This document shows, piece after piece, positions 43,556 to 54,391 of a DNA stretch of 64,000 nucleotides; the first letter of the stretch is position 1; every line of letters starts with the position of its first letter. The stretch is from assembly GCA_965198005.1 (NCBI GenBank), contig CBDAOI010000004.1:2144001-2208000 (forward strand), in the 5' to 3' direction. The notes below the pieces were generated by a model. The model did no database searches, had not been told where the DNA came from, and saw only the letters and a program-made list of their open reading frames with translations. A program made the position numbers and the translations under genes. This stretch comes from Spirochaetia bacterium (GTDB taxonomy: Bacteria > Spirochaetota > Spirochaetia > SZUA-6 > Bin103).

Positions 43556-44155
43556 ATGTTGATCGGCGTCCTGGCGCTACAAGGCGACGTGGCCGAGCAC
43601 TGCGCCGCGCTGGCCGAGCTTGAGGTGCAGTCGTGCCCGGTGCGGCTGCCGGAGGAGCTGGAGCCGATCGACGCCCTGATCATCCCGGGCGGCGAGAGCA
43701 CCACCATGGCGCGCTTGCTGGACCTGTACCGGTTACGAGCGCCGCTGCAGGCGCGCATCGCCGGCGGCATGCCTACCTGGGGAACCTGCGCCGGCATGGT
43801 GCTGCTGGCGCGCCGGCTCACCGACGCCCGGCCCGAACCGCTCGGAACAATCGACATGGTGGTCAGTCGCAACGCGTTCGGCCGACAGATCGACAGCTTC
43901 GAGAGTGAACTGGCGGTAGCGGAGATCGGCCCGGGGCCGCTGCACGCCGTGTTCATCCGGGCGCCGGTGGTGCATGCGGTGGGGCCGGAGGTCGCAGTGC
44001 TGGCCCGGCTCGCGGACGGCCGTGCGGTGGCGGTCCGGCAGGGTCCTCACCTGGCCACCGCGTTCCATCCCGAGCTGACCGCCGATCGCCGTCTCCATCA
44101 CTACTTCCTGCGGATGGTGCGACCTGCGCGCGCCGCCGGGAGGCGTCTTTTATAA
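43556..44155 (+). CDS. pdxT: PLP synthase glutaminase subunit PdxT
   Basis: GVLALQG, PGGESTT, GTCAG, FIRAP, FHPE. Confidence 0.96.
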   Translation: MLIGVLALQGDVAEHCAALAELEVQSCPVRLPEELEPIDALIIPGGESTTMARLLDLYRLRAPLQARIAGGMPTWGTCAGMVLLARRLTDARPEPLGTIDMVVSRNAFGRQIDSFESELAVAEIGPGPLHAVFIRAPVVHAVGPEVAVLARLADGRAVAVRQGPHLATAFHPELTADRRLHHYFLRMVRPARAAGRRLL

Positions 44156-45192
44156 TGTCGCTTGAAGTCGCCATCGCGGTGGGCTTCGTAGCGCTGGTGG
44201 CGATCGAAACCGCCATCAGTTGGCGTCACGATCTCGGCTCCTACGAGTTCCGGGACACCACGGCCAACTTCCTCCTGGCGCTCGCCGACCTGCTCATGGC
44301 GGCCGCCATGAAGGGGTTGTTTCTGCTGCTGTTCGCGCTCCTGCACCGGTGGGCCCCGCTGGACTTCGGCCACGCGTGGTACGGGTGGGTGCTGCTGATC
44401 GTGGTGAACGACTTCATCTACTACGCGTTCCACCGCCTGGCGCATCGCAGCCGCTTCATGTGGGCGTTCCACGTCACCCACCATTCGTCGCGGAAATACA
44501 ATTTCTCGGTTGCGATCCGCCTCAACCTGTTCATCTTACCGCTCCACTTCCTGTTCATGCTGCCGCTGGCGCTCGTGGGGTTCCGGCCCGAGGCGATCCT
44601 GGTGGTCAACTCGATTGCCACGCTGTATCAGCTTTGGGTGCACACCGAGCTGGTCGGGAAGCTGGGCGTGCTCGACAAGGTCTTCAACACACCGTCCAAT
44701 CATCGCGTCCACCACGGCTCCAACTCCTGCTACCTGGACCGCAACTACGGGGCCATGTTCATCTTCTGGGACCGCCTGTTCGGCACCTACCAGCCGGAGG
44801 CGGAACGACCGGTCTACGGCCTCACGAATAACGTCGACACCTACAACCCGGTGACCCTCACGCTGCATGAGGTGCGGGCGATGATGCGCGACGTGGCCCG
44901 CCCCGGGCCATTGCGGCAGCGCCTGACGTACCTGTTCGGGCCGCCGGGATGGAAGCCGAAGCAGGCCGCGTCGCAGGCCGCGGCCCGCCGGTTCGGCACG
45001 CGTGCCGCCGGCGGCTCGAGGCGGCGTCCGGGAGCGGCCAGGCCGCCGCTGACCGGCCGCAGGCCGCTGCGACAGCGTCTGATCTACCGTCTCGCGGCTG
45101 CCGGCGGCGCACGCCCGGAGCGGACGCTGCAGTGGCTCCGCCTGCGCACTCGGCGGCTCCCGGACCCGGGCCGCCAGCACCACCGCGATTGA
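44155..45192 (+). CDS. Sterol desaturase/fatty acid hydroxylase family protein (alkylglycerol monooxygenase-like)
   Basis: His boxes HRLAH, HVTHH, HRVHH; NYG..FIFWDRLFGT. Confidence 0.88.
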   Translation: MSLEVAIAVGFVALVAIETAISWRHDLGSYEFRDTTANFLLALADLLMAAAMKGLFLLLFALLHRWAPLDFGHAWYGWVLLIVVNDFIYYAFHRLAHRSRFMWAFHVTHHSSRKYNFSVAIRLNLFILPLHFLFMLPLALVGFRPEAILVVNSIATLYQLWVHTELVGKLGVLDKVFNTPSNHRVHHGSNSCYLDRNYGAMFIFWDRLFGTYQPEAERPVYGLTNNVDTYNPVTLTLHEVRAMMRDVARPGPLRQRLTYLFGPPGWKPKQAASQAAARRFGTRAAGGSRRRPGAARPPLTGRRPLRQRLIYRLAAAGGARPERTLQWLRLRTRRLPDPGRQHHRD

Positions 45193-45220
45193 ACGCCCCC
45201 GGCGCGGCGGGCTGACGCCG

Positions 45221-46198
45221 ATGGCGCGCACCATGCTGGTTACCGGGGCGACCGGCCAGATCGGGCGGGCGCTGGTGCGGGCCCTGCTGGACGGCGGCGC
45301 CCGGGTGCGCTGTCTGGTGCGGGACCCCGAGCGGGCACGCGCCCTGCTGGGCAACGAGGTCGAGCTGGCGCGCGCGGACTTGACGGTGCCCGACTCGCTA
45401 CCAGCCGCGGTGCGTGGCGTCGAGGCGGTCGCGCACCTGGCCGGCAAGGCCTCCTACTGGCCGGCGCTGGGCCCGGCGATGCGCGCGGTGCACGTGGCCG
45501 GCACCTCCCACCTGCTGGACGCCTGCGCCCGGAACGGAGTGCGCAGGCTGCTGTACACCAGCTCGATCGCCACCCTCGGCTGGGTGGCCGGCGACGGCGC
45601 CGGCGACGAGACCACGGCCTACAACTGGCACGGCCTGGGCATCGACTATTTCGACACCAAGTACGAAGCGGAGCGCCGGGTGCTGGCCGAAGCGAGAATG
45701 GAGACGGTGGTGGTGAATCCGGGGCTGGTGTTCGGCGCCGGCGACAGCGCGGTGAACGGCCTGCGGCTGCTGCGCGAGATCGCCGCCGGCGTGCCCGGCT
45801 ATCCTCCCGGCGCCACTACCGCGGCCGTGCTCGACGACGTGGTGGCGGGACACGTCGCGGCTCTGGAGCGCGGGCGCCCCGGCCAGCGTTACGTCCTGGG
45901 AGGGGCCCCGTTGTCGTTCGCGGAGCTGTTCGCGGCCATCGCCGCGGTGGTGGGCGTGGCGGCGCCACGCCGCCGGTTGGCGCCGGCAGCGCTGGCCGGC
46001 ATGGCGCTGGTGTCGACCGGTCTCGGCTACCTGAGGCGCCGCGAACCGCGCGTCACCTTCCCCACCTACCGCATCCTGACCCGCAACCGGCGGTACAGCT
46101 CCGCCAAGGCGGTCGCGGAGCTGGGGTATCCGATCTCGCCGCTGGCGGCGGGGCTGCGTCAGTGCTGGGAGTGGGACCGTTCAAGGTATACCCAGTGA
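45221..46198 (+). CDS. NAD-dependent epimerase/dehydratase (HpnA/3-beta-HSD-like)
   Basis: VTGATGQIG, YTSS, YFDTK. Confidence 0.88.
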   Translation: MARTMLVTGATGQIGRALVRALLDGGARVRCLVRDPERARALLGNEVELARADLTVPDSLPAAVRGVEAVAHLAGKASYWPALGPAMRAVHVAGTSHLLDACARNGVRRLLYTSSIATLGWVAGDGAGDETTAYNWHGLGIDYFDTKYEAERRVLAEARMETVVVNPGLVFGAGDSAVNGLRLLREIAAGVPGYPPGATTAAVLDDVVAGHVAALERGRPGQRYVLGGAPLSFAELFAAIAAVVGVAAPRRRLAPAALAGMALVSTGLGYLRRREPRVTFPTYRILTRNRRYSSAKAVAELGYPISPLAAGLRQCWEWDRSRYTQ

Positions 46199-46211
46199 GC
46201 GCTCGGTTTTA

Positions 46212-47468
46212 TTAGCCTGAGCCGCCGCCCGCGGCTACCTCGGCCAGCGCGGCATCGGCGATGTCGATCGTGCGTTCGATGTCTTCCTCGGTGTGGGCGG
46301 CACTCAGAAACCAGTTGTGATAGGGATGCAGGTAGGCGCCGCGGCGGGTGGCCGCGGCACAGAATTGCTGAAACCGCATGAAGTCGTTCTCGGTGGCAAA
46401 GCGCACCTTGGGCATGCTCGGCAGTCCGGAAACGTGGAGCTGCTCACCATGGCGGGTCGCGACCTGCTGCAGCCCTTCGACCAGCCGGGTGCCGCGCTCG
46501 TGCATGAGCGTCACTGCGCCGATCTCCTTCAACCGCTGCAGGCAGGCGAGCGCCGCCGCCATCGGCCCCTGGTGCATCCAGAAGGTGCCGGTGGTGAACA
46601 CCGCGCTGGCGGCCGGCAGCAGGCCGCCGATCCCCATGCAGACCGCGATCGGGTAGCCGTTGGCGATCGCCTTCGAGAAGCAGGTCAGGTCCGCCCGGAA
46701 GCCGAACGCGCTGTGCGAGCCGTCGAGCGACGCGCGGAACCCCACCCGCACGTCGTCGCTGATGATCAGCGCACCGTATTCGTGGGCCAACGCGCCGATC
46801 CGCTGCAGAAACCCGTTCTCCGAGAACTCCGAGTCGAAGAACAGCGGATGATGGTAGGGGGTGACGATCACCGCCGCCAGATCGTGCGCATGCGCGGCCA
46901 GCAACTCCTCGGTGCCCGCGAAATCGTTCCAGGTGAAATCGTGGACGTGGGCGGTGTCCTCCGCGGTCAGGCCGGCGTGGCCCGGGGTCGACCACGGGTA
47001 GGAGCCGTGGTAGGCGCCGGCCGCCTTGAGCACCGTGCGCCGGCCGGTATGCCGGCGCGCCACCTGCAGCGCGAAGGTGGTCATGTCGGAGCCGTTCTTG
47101 CCGAACAGTGCCCAGTCCATCCGGTAGATGCGCCCGGTCAGGAACTCCGCCAGCTCCACCATCGCGGCCGTGGGATGATTGAAGCCGCTGCCGGCGCGCT
47201 CCGCGGCGCGCGCGGCCGTGTCCACCGTATCGTCGCCGTAGCCGAGAATGCAGGCACCGAACCCGCACAGGTAGTCGATGTACTCGTTGCCGTCCACGTC
47301 CCAGTAATGGGCGCCGCGGCCGCGGGCGGCGAACAGCGGATAGGAGCCGGGCGTCACCAGCCACGGCCCGCGCGTGCCGTAGATGCCGCGCGGAATCACC
47401 CGCGCCGCGCGCCGAAACAACTGGTCGCTCTGCACGGAACAACCGGTCGCCCCCACGAACCTCCGCAC
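46212..47468 (-). CDS. Class III aminotransferase (GSA-aminomutase-like); start uncertain
   Basis: WDVDGNEYIDY, KNGSD, DDVRVGFR, FSKAIANGYP. Confidence 0.88.
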   Translation of the reverse strand: MRRFVGATGCSVQSDQLFRRAARVIPRGIYGTRGPWLVTPGSYPLFAARGRGAHYWDVDGNEYIDYLCGFGACILGYGDDTVDTAARAAERAGSGFNHPTAAMVELAEFLTGRIYRMDWALFGKNGSDMTTFALQVARRHTGRRTVLKAAGAYHGSYPWSTPGHAGLTAEDTAHVHDFTWNDFAGTEELLAAHAHDLAAVIVTPYHHPLFFDSEFSENGFLQRIGALAHEYGALIISDDVRVGFRASLDGSHSAFGFRADLTCFSKAIANGYPIAVCMGIGGLLPAASAVFTTGTFWMHQGPMAAALACLQRLKEIGAVTLMHERGTRLVEGLQQVATRHGEQLHVSGLPSMPKVRFATENDFMRFQQFCAAATRRGAYLHPYHNWFLSAAHTEEDIERTIDIADAALAEVAAGGGSG

Positions 47469-47479
47469 TCATCGCACGC

Positions 47480-48269
47480 TCACTTCGACACCGTGAGGAA
47501 CGTGTCGACGTGCTCCATGACGCGCAGAATCGGTTCCAGCAGCAGCGGGTGTCCGCGCAGGCGGATCGCCCCCGTACCGAGCGCGGTCCAGAAGTCGAGC
47601 GCGCCGGTCAGCACGCTCGCAGGCGGTCGCGGCATCCCCGAACCGCACCGTGAGGTTGGGCGGCCGCTGCTCGCCGCGCGCCACTTGCAAGCGTCCGCCG
47701 GCGCTGCTGAGCTGCACCGGCGGATAACCGTCGAGGCCGATCGACACCACCCCGTCGAGCGTGGCGGCGGCCGCGATCCGGCGCGCCGGGCCCCAGGTCT
47801 CGGTCAGCACCTGAATGGCGTAGGCGAGCACGGCCAGGCGGATCGCCATCGCCGGCGCAAACGCGCCGTCCGCTTCCAGTCGCTGCCGCGGCGCGGTGAG
47901 GTAGTATTGCAGCCGGCCGCTGAGGGTGCGCAGGCCCGCGATCAGACGCGGCCGCCAGCCACCGATCCAGGGCAGCGGCGGGAGCGCCTTGCCCCCTTCG
48001 AACATGCGCACCGCGGCGCGCGCGCCCGGCAGCAGCAGGCCGAGCGTGGGCAGCACGCGGCCGTGCCGGTGGGCCACGACCCGGCCGCCGGCGACCTCCA
48101 GCCGCGCTGCCGGGCCGCCGGCTACGCGGAACTGGATGGTGCTGCGCCAGTCCGCCACCAGCGCCCCGGCGGCGGCGTCGACCCGCACCACCTCCTCCAA
48201 CTGCGGCAACACCGCGTGCAGGTAGAGATGCGCCTTGATCGTTTCGGTGGTCACGGCAGCCGGCGGCAC
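47480..48269 (-). CDS. SCP2-like lipid-binding domain protein, frameshift near 47617
   Basis: After RFGDAATA another frame gives SVLTGALDFWTALGTGAIRLRG...FLTVSK* (stop 47480-47482), an SCP2-like C-terminus. Confidence 0.55.
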
Positions 48270-48414
48270 CGTAGCGCACGCACCGTGCCCGTGGCAAGCT
48301 TGGCCGCACGCTGGTACGATGCGGCGGCGGCTCGGCGGGGACCGTAGGGCGAACGCTCTCCGAGCCGATCACACCCGTGCAGCGCCTGCGTCGCGCTGCG
48401 GTACGGAGGTCAGC

Positions 48415-48909
48415 ATGCGCACCCGATTTGCCTGGTGGACGCCGGTAGCGGTGACGGCGCTGGCGGCGCTCACGGCGACCCTCTCCGGATGCGTCGTCAT
48501 CTACCCGGGCGCGCCGTCGCCGCGTTCGTTGGCGGGCTACCGCATCGAGCTCACCAACAAGGAATCAGGCGGTCCTCTGATGGAGCACGCGCCGGCCGTG
48601 ACGCTCCTGCCGATCGACGATCGGGCTGTCTATCAGTTCAAGAGCGCGACCGAGGCGTTCGATTCCGCACTCAACCAGGCCTTGCACTGGTCGTATGAGA
48701 AAGACTCGTATCGCGGAGCGACCTTTATGATCACCTTCGCGTATGACCGCCTCTCCGACCTCGAGACGACCTGCGGGCTTCGTTTTCACGGTTACCTGAG
48801 CGGGACGCATCGGTGCGAATCCGTACTGAAGGGCACCAGAACAATAACCAAAGCGATCACCCACTCCGGATGGAGCACAGGCACCTTCCGCCTTGAGCGG
48901 CTCGAGTAA
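48415..48909 (+). CDS. Putative lipoprotein
   Basis: RBS GGAGG; signal ending LSGC. Confidence 0.75.
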   Translation: MRTRFAWWTPVAVTALAALTATLSGCVVIYPGAPSPRSLAGYRIELTNKESGGPLMEHAPAVTLLPIDDRAVYQFKSATEAFDSALNQALHWSYEKDSYRGATFMITFAYDRLSDLETTCGLRFHGYLSGTHRCESVLKGTRTITKAITHSGWSTGTFRLERLE

Positions 48910-50546
48910 TGAGCGCCCAAGGGGCACCGCCGGCGACTTCGCAACACCTGCTTCCGCCACCAGAGCCTGGAGTACGTGCAGGCGCCGGCACCGTGACCGG
49001 TGGCGCGGTCGGGCCAACGCACGCTCTGTCGAGTCTCGCAGCCTTGGGGCTGCTCGTGACGGGTACGCTGTGCCTGCTCGCGGCGGTCGGCTGCTCGGTC
49101 GGGGGGTTCCCCGACAAACCGTCGCCCACTCCCCTGGCCACGGTGACGCCATCCGATCCGACGCCGCCCGAGCCGGTGGCTCCCGTCGAGCCGTCCGACA
49201 CGCCCGCCACGCCGCCGGACGCGCCGGTTACTCCGGCCCCGGTCACTCCCGACCCGCCGATCGACCATGGCAATACGGCCGATACCGCAACCCTCATCCA
49301 GCCGGAGTCCCCGATCACCGGGCGGCTCGAAAGCGCGGACGACGTCGATTACTTCAAGCTCGAAGTGAGCTCCTCGAGCCTCGTGGTTGCAGCAGCCGAC
49401 TACGGCAAGATTTCGGACTACTTGTACCCCGACTACGGGAACGTCGTCGTCCGGATCGAAACCAGCGACTACCGGTCGGACAACGATGACCACTTTGACG
49501 CGGCGAGAGTGACCCTGTTCTCACCCCCGCCGCCGGCGTCTCCCAAAACACTCTACGTCAAGGTCACCAGCGCGCAGGGGGCAACCCGGTACGATCTTGC
49601 CGTCTGGTTGGCCGACCTCGCTGTTCCGAGCCACGCGGATGGACCCTTCCGGATCGACCTGTGGTTCCTCAGCCCGGAGCCGACCGCGGCGCAAAAGAAG
49701 ATCTTCGAGGAAGCCGTGCAGGTCTGGGAACGCGTCATCTCCGCGGGGGTGCGCGACTACTTCATGTCGAGGTCCTACTGGCGCTGCGACGACGACGATC
49801 CGTCCCCGTTCGGCCGGTACGTCGACGATCTGCTGATCTACGTCCGGATCGAGAGCATCGACGGTCGCGGCGGAACGGTGGCGCAGGCGGGGCCTTGCTG
49901 GGTGCGGGGGGCCGACGGCCTGCCGTTCGTGGGGAGCATGATCTTCGACAGCGCGGACTTGGCGAGACTGCAAGCTGACGGCCGGCTCCGCTCCATCGTC
50001 ACGCACGAAGCGGCCCACGTTCTCGGGTTCGGCGTGCGCTGGGACAACGTGCTCGGCGCCGACCTGCTTCCGCTGCTGCGAGAGCCGTCCATCGTCGATG
50101 ACATGCAAGTGCCGGGACGGGACACCTGGTTCGCCGGGCCGGACGCGATTGACGCGTTCGACGACGTCGGGGGCGCCGCGTACGCCGGGAACAAGGTGCC
50201 GGTCGAGAACGATACGGACAGGTTCGGCGCCGGCGGCCTGGACGTGCATTGGCGCGAGTCGGTATTCCGCGACGAGTTGATGACCTCCCTGGTGGGCGAG
50301 AACTTCCAACCGCTCAGCAAGGTGACCGTCGCGTCGTTCGCCGATCTCGGCTACGAGGTGGATTACTCCCATGGGGAGGACTACGCCCTTCCCGCCGCTC
50401 CATCGACCTTGTTGTCCGCGCGGATGGCAGCGCTCAGCGTCGACCGCGGCACGCATGCGTACCTGGGCGATGACGTGCGCTCGGGGCCGATCGGCGTGGC
50501 CGACGCGCCGGACGACCTGGAAGCAGTCATCGACCTGCTGCCGTGA
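48909..50546 (+). CDS. Leishmanolysin-like (M8-type) zinc metalloprotease lipoprotein with Pro-rich linker and PPC domain
   Basis: AVGC lipobox; HEAAHVLGFG, HWRESVFRDELMT, FADLGY. Confidence 0.82.
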   Translation: MSAQGAPPATSQHLLPPPEPGVRAGAGTVTGGAVGPTHALSSLAALGLLVTGTLCLLAAVGCSVGGFPDKPSPTPLATVTPSDPTPPEPVAPVEPSDTPATPPDAPVTPAPVTPDPPIDHGNTADTATLIQPESPITGRLESADDVDYFKLEVSSSSLVVAAADYGKISDYLYPDYGNVVVRIETSDYRSDNDDHFDAARVTLFSPPPPASPKTLYVKVTSAQGATRYDLAVWLADLAVPSHADGPFRIDLWFLSPEPTAAQKKIFEEAVQVWERVISAGVRDYFMSRSYWRCDDDDPSPFGRYVDDLLIYVRIESIDGRGGTVAQAGPCWVRGADGLPFVGSMIFDSADLARLQADGRLRSIVTHEAAHVLGFGVRWDNVLGADLLPLLREPSIVDDMQVPGRDTWFAGPDAIDAFDDVGGAAYAGNKVPVENDTDRFGAGGLDVHWRESVFRDELMTSLVGENFQPLSKVTVASFADLGYEVDYSHGEDYALPAAPSTLLSARMAALSVDRGTHAYLGDDVRSGPIGVADAPDDLEAVIDLLP

Positions 50547-50592
50547 GGAGAAGGTGCGCCCCCCTCGGGCCGGCATGTGCTACCATACCTGC

Positions 50593-51696
50593 GTGCCAAG
50601 ACTCGTAAGTGTCGAAGTTAACGGTTTCCGGTCCATTAAGGAAGCGAAGCTGGATCTCAGCCCGATCAACATTTGTGTTGGATCCAATGGAGCCGGAAAG
50701 AGCAATCTTATCGCCTTCTTCAAGTTGCTGAACGAGCTCATGGGCGGCCGCCTGCAGCACTATGTCGCTACCACTGGACGGGCGGCTGCCAATCTCTATT
50801 TCGGCCCGAAAATGACACCACAGCTTGAAGCGAAACTCAAATTCGAAGCCGATCAGGGCACGAACACTTACCATATGAGATTGTTCCACGCTGCCGGCGA
50901 TTTGCTCGTATTCGCAGAGGAAAGCCTCTCATTCCAGGCTCTCGATCGCGACTTTCCTCAACATGTATCTTTGGGAACAGGACATCAGGAGGCTCTAGTA
51001 AGAGAATTCGTCGAAGGAGAGCCGCTTCTGAATACTCTGAGGAACTTCCTGAATCACTGCCGCGTCTACCACTTCCATGACACTTCGCCGACTGCACGGA
51101 TTCACCAGCATTGTTTTGTCGAAGACAACCGCTGGTTGATGTCGGATGCCGGGAATCTCGCGGCGATCCTCTACCGAATGAAATCCGAGAGTAATGCAAC
51201 ATATCGTCGGATCGTGAGAAACATACGGCAGGTGGCGCCGTTCTTCCTAGACTTCGACCTCGAGCCGGCCGGTCCGCACAAGAAGGAGCTGCTCCTCAAC
51301 TGGCGTCACCGCGATTCGGATCTCCTGTTCGGCCCGCATCAGCTATCTGATGGAACGCTGCGTGCAATGTGCCTGATTACGCTGTTGCAGCAGCCGGGGG
51401 ATGACTTGCCCTACTTGGTCGTAGTCGATGAACCGGAGCTCGGATTGCATCCGCAAGCTCTCAATTTGATTGCATCACTGTTTCAGGCCGTAAGCGAGAA
51501 CTTGCAGATTCTCGTGAGTACGCAATCCAGCACGTTTGTAGATTGCTTCGATCCAGGGGACCTTATCGTCGTCGAACGAGAACAAGGCTCCACGACCTTC
51601 AAACGACCAGAGCCGGCAATGCTCGAAGCGTGGCTAGATGAGTACTCACTCGGTGAACTCTGGGAGAAGAACGTCATCGGCGGGGGACCGCATTAG
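50593..51696 (+). CDS. ABC/AAA_21-type ATPase, partner gene absent
   Basis: GFRSI, GSNGAGKSN, YHFHDTS, LSDGTLR, DEPELGLHP, STQS, WLDEYSLGELWEKN; lower GC. Confidence 0.9.
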   Translation: MPRLVSVEVNGFRSIKEAKLDLSPINICVGSNGAGKSNLIAFFKLLNELMGGRLQHYVATTGRAAANLYFGPKMTPQLEAKLKFEADQGTNTYHMRLFHAAGDLLVFAEESLSFQALDRDFPQHVSLGTGHQEALVREFVEGEPLLNTLRNFLNHCRVYHFHDTSPTARIHQHCFVEDNRWLMSDAGNLAAILYRMKSESNATYRRIVRNIRQVAPFFLDFDLEPAGPHKKELLLNWRHRDSDLLFGPHQLSDGTLRAMCLITLLQQPGDDLPYLVVVDEPELGLHPQALNLIASLFQAVSENLQILVSTQSSTFVDCFDPGDLIVVEREQGSTTFKRPEPAMLEAWLDEYSLGELWEKNVIGGGPH

Positions 51697-51727
51697 TGGC
51701 TCCCAATAAACAGACTTCGCAACTGCT

Positions 51728-54281
51728 TCACGTCTTCATCCGCGTGTCGGCGGGATCGAACGTCGTCAGGCCGGACGCGACGGTCACCGGAAAGCGCTCG
51801 TTCATGTACAGCACCTGCAGCTCGGTGGCGGGCACGGCGTGCTCGGGCGGCAGGTAGGCGAACAGCAGGTACCGGCCCACCGACGGCCCCATGCCGGCGG
51901 AAGTGACGCGCGACTCGCGACCGTGGCGGTCGACGATGCGCGCGCCGTCGGCGGTCAGGATCGGCTCGTTGCCGCCGGTGGGGAAGCGGGGGATGCCGGC
52001 CGCGCCGACGTGGTCGTCCATGGTCAGGGCGCACATCTGCGCCGCGGGGGCGGCGGCGCGCGCCTCGAGGTAGGCCGCCTTGCCGATGAAGTCCGCCGCG
52101 CTTCACCCGCGGCCGCGCCAGACCGGCCTCCACCGGCGAGTACTCGGCGCTGAGGTCGGAGCCCATCAGCAGGTAGCCCTTCTCCATGCGGCCGGTGGTG
52201 CCGTACACGCCGATGCCGACCGGCCGGGCGTCGAACCGGCGGCCCGCCTCCCACAGCGCGTCCCACAGGCGCACCCCATGCTGCGTGCGCGCGTAGAGTT
52301 CCCAGCCGCTGTCGCCCACGTAGGAGATGCGCAGCATGGTCACCGGCACGCCGTCGATGATCGCCTCCCGCACCGTGCCGTAGGGAAACTCCGCCTGCGA
52401 CAGGCCGGTGTCGGTGATGCCGGCCAGCAGGGCGCGCGCATCCGGCCCCCACACGCCGACGGTGCACAGCGCCGAGGACAGGTTCTCGAACTGCACCGAG
52501 CCGTCGGCCGGCAGGTGGCGGCGGAACCACACCTCGTCGCGCGCCCCGTCGAAAGCGCCGGTGACCACACGGAAGCGGTCGGCGGCCAGCCGCTGGATGG
52601 TGAGGTCGGCACGGATGCCGCCGTCCGGCGTGAGCAGCGGCGTGTAGATCGAGCTGCCCGCCGGCCGGTCGCACTTGTTGACCGTGAGCCGCTCCAGGTA
52701 GGGCACCACGCCGGGACCCGAGACGTCGAACACCTGGAACGCGCTCAGGTCGACGATCCCCACCTTCTCGCGCAGGTGCAGGTGCTCGCCGTTGATGATC
52801 GGCGACCACCAGCGCCGGTCCCACTCGTGCGGCCGGTCGGGCACGCCGTAGCGCTCCACCAAGTCGGCGTTCGACCCGTACCACTGCGGCCGCTCCCAGC
52901 CGCGCGCGTCGTAGTAGTCGGCGCCCAGGGCCTCCGTGCGGTCGTGGAACGGGGCGCGGTTCATGCCGCGTTCGGAGGCCCACTGCTCGCGCGGATGCAC
53001 GATGCCGTAGGTCTTGTTGAAGTGCTCGTCTGAGCGCGCGCGGACGTGCTGCTCGGTGCGCTCGTGGGGGTAGAAGCGGGTGATGTCGGAGGCGTGCGGA
53101 TCGCACAGCCGCGGGTAGCCGTAGGTGATCCACTCGGCGATCAGGCGCGCGGTGCCGGGCCCCTCCTTGATCCACACCGCCGCCGCCGCCCACAGCTTCT
53201 CCACCTCGGCGGTCTCGCCGAGCACCTGGTGCGTGTCCGGCGTCAGTGACAGCAGCCCGTTGACCGAGTACTGCATCTCCGACCCCGCGAGCAGCTCGCC
53301 CATGATCTCGCGTGCGTGGCCGAGCTGGGGCGCGAAGTCGTCGCCGGTGAACGGCAGCTCGGTGGGCGACCGCTCCGCCTCGGCGAGCGAGGGGATGTCG
53401 TCCGGGCGCACCAGGATCGGGCGATGGGCGTAGGAGCCCACCTCCATCGCCGTGTGGCTCTGCCGCTCGTACATGAACACGTCCACGTCACGCACGATCG
53501 GGTAGCCGATCTCGTTGCCGGTCCTGCTCAGCAGGTCGATCGGTCCCAGGTCGGCCATCTGGTGCACCGCCGCGGTGAGCGGGATGCTGGCCCCGGCCAT
53601 GGCGGCGATGCGCGGGCTCCACACGCCGCACGCGATCACCACCTGCTCGGTCGCGATGGCGCCGCGGTCGGTGACCACGGCGCGGATGCGCGGCCGGCCG
53701 AACGGGCGCGGCTCCACCTCCAGCCCGGTCACTTCGGTGTTGTCCAGCACGGTCAGCACGCCCTTGGCCAGCGCCCGCTCGCGCATGATGGTGCCCGCCT
53801 TCACCGAATCCACCACCGACACGCTCGGCGTGTAGAAGCCGCCCTTGATCACCGCGCCGTTGACGAACGGCACCCTGGCCACCACCTCGGCCGGCGTCAG
53901 CAGCTCGGTCTCGATCCCCCACGAGCGCGCCGAGGTCATGCGCCGGCGCAGCTCCTCCATGCGCTCCTCGGTGCGCGCCACCTCGACCCCGCCGCAGGTG
54001 GTGTTCACCCCCAACGCCTCGTACTGCCGCTGGCTCTCCAGCGTCAACATCGCGATCTCGCGGTTGTGATCGGTCGGAAAGATGAAGTTCGACGCGTGCC
54101 CGGTGGACCCGCCGGGATTGGGCAGCGGCCCCTTGTCGACCAGCACCAGCTCGTCCCACCCCAGCTCCGCCAAGTGCCCCACCAGGCAGTTGCCCACGAT
54201 CCCGGCGCCGATCACCACGATCCTCGCCCGCGCCGGCGCTACATTCGATCCTGATACCGTTTGTTCTTTCACGACGGCCAT
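51728..54281 (-). CDS. Dimethylglycine/sarcosine dehydrogenase-like FAD oxidoreductase-GcvT fusion, frameshift near 52101
   Basis: VVIGAGIVG, GSTGHAS, GWERP, RISYVGDSGWE; C-terminus continues in another frame as ADFIGKAAY...FDPADTRMKT*. Confidence 0.88.
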
Positions 54282-54391
54282 TGGCAAGATCCCGCAGGAT
54301 TTCGTCAAGCTTCGGAGGTCCAGGTTCAGTTCGCCCACGCAGGCCGGGGAGGCCGGCATGGCTATGGTTCCGCTGTCAGGCCGGCGCCAAT

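Noticed and set aside
54282-54390. Glycine riboswitch upstream of the GcvT-like gene
   Set aside because: No GGAGA/CCGAAG/CTCTCAGG aptamer motifs
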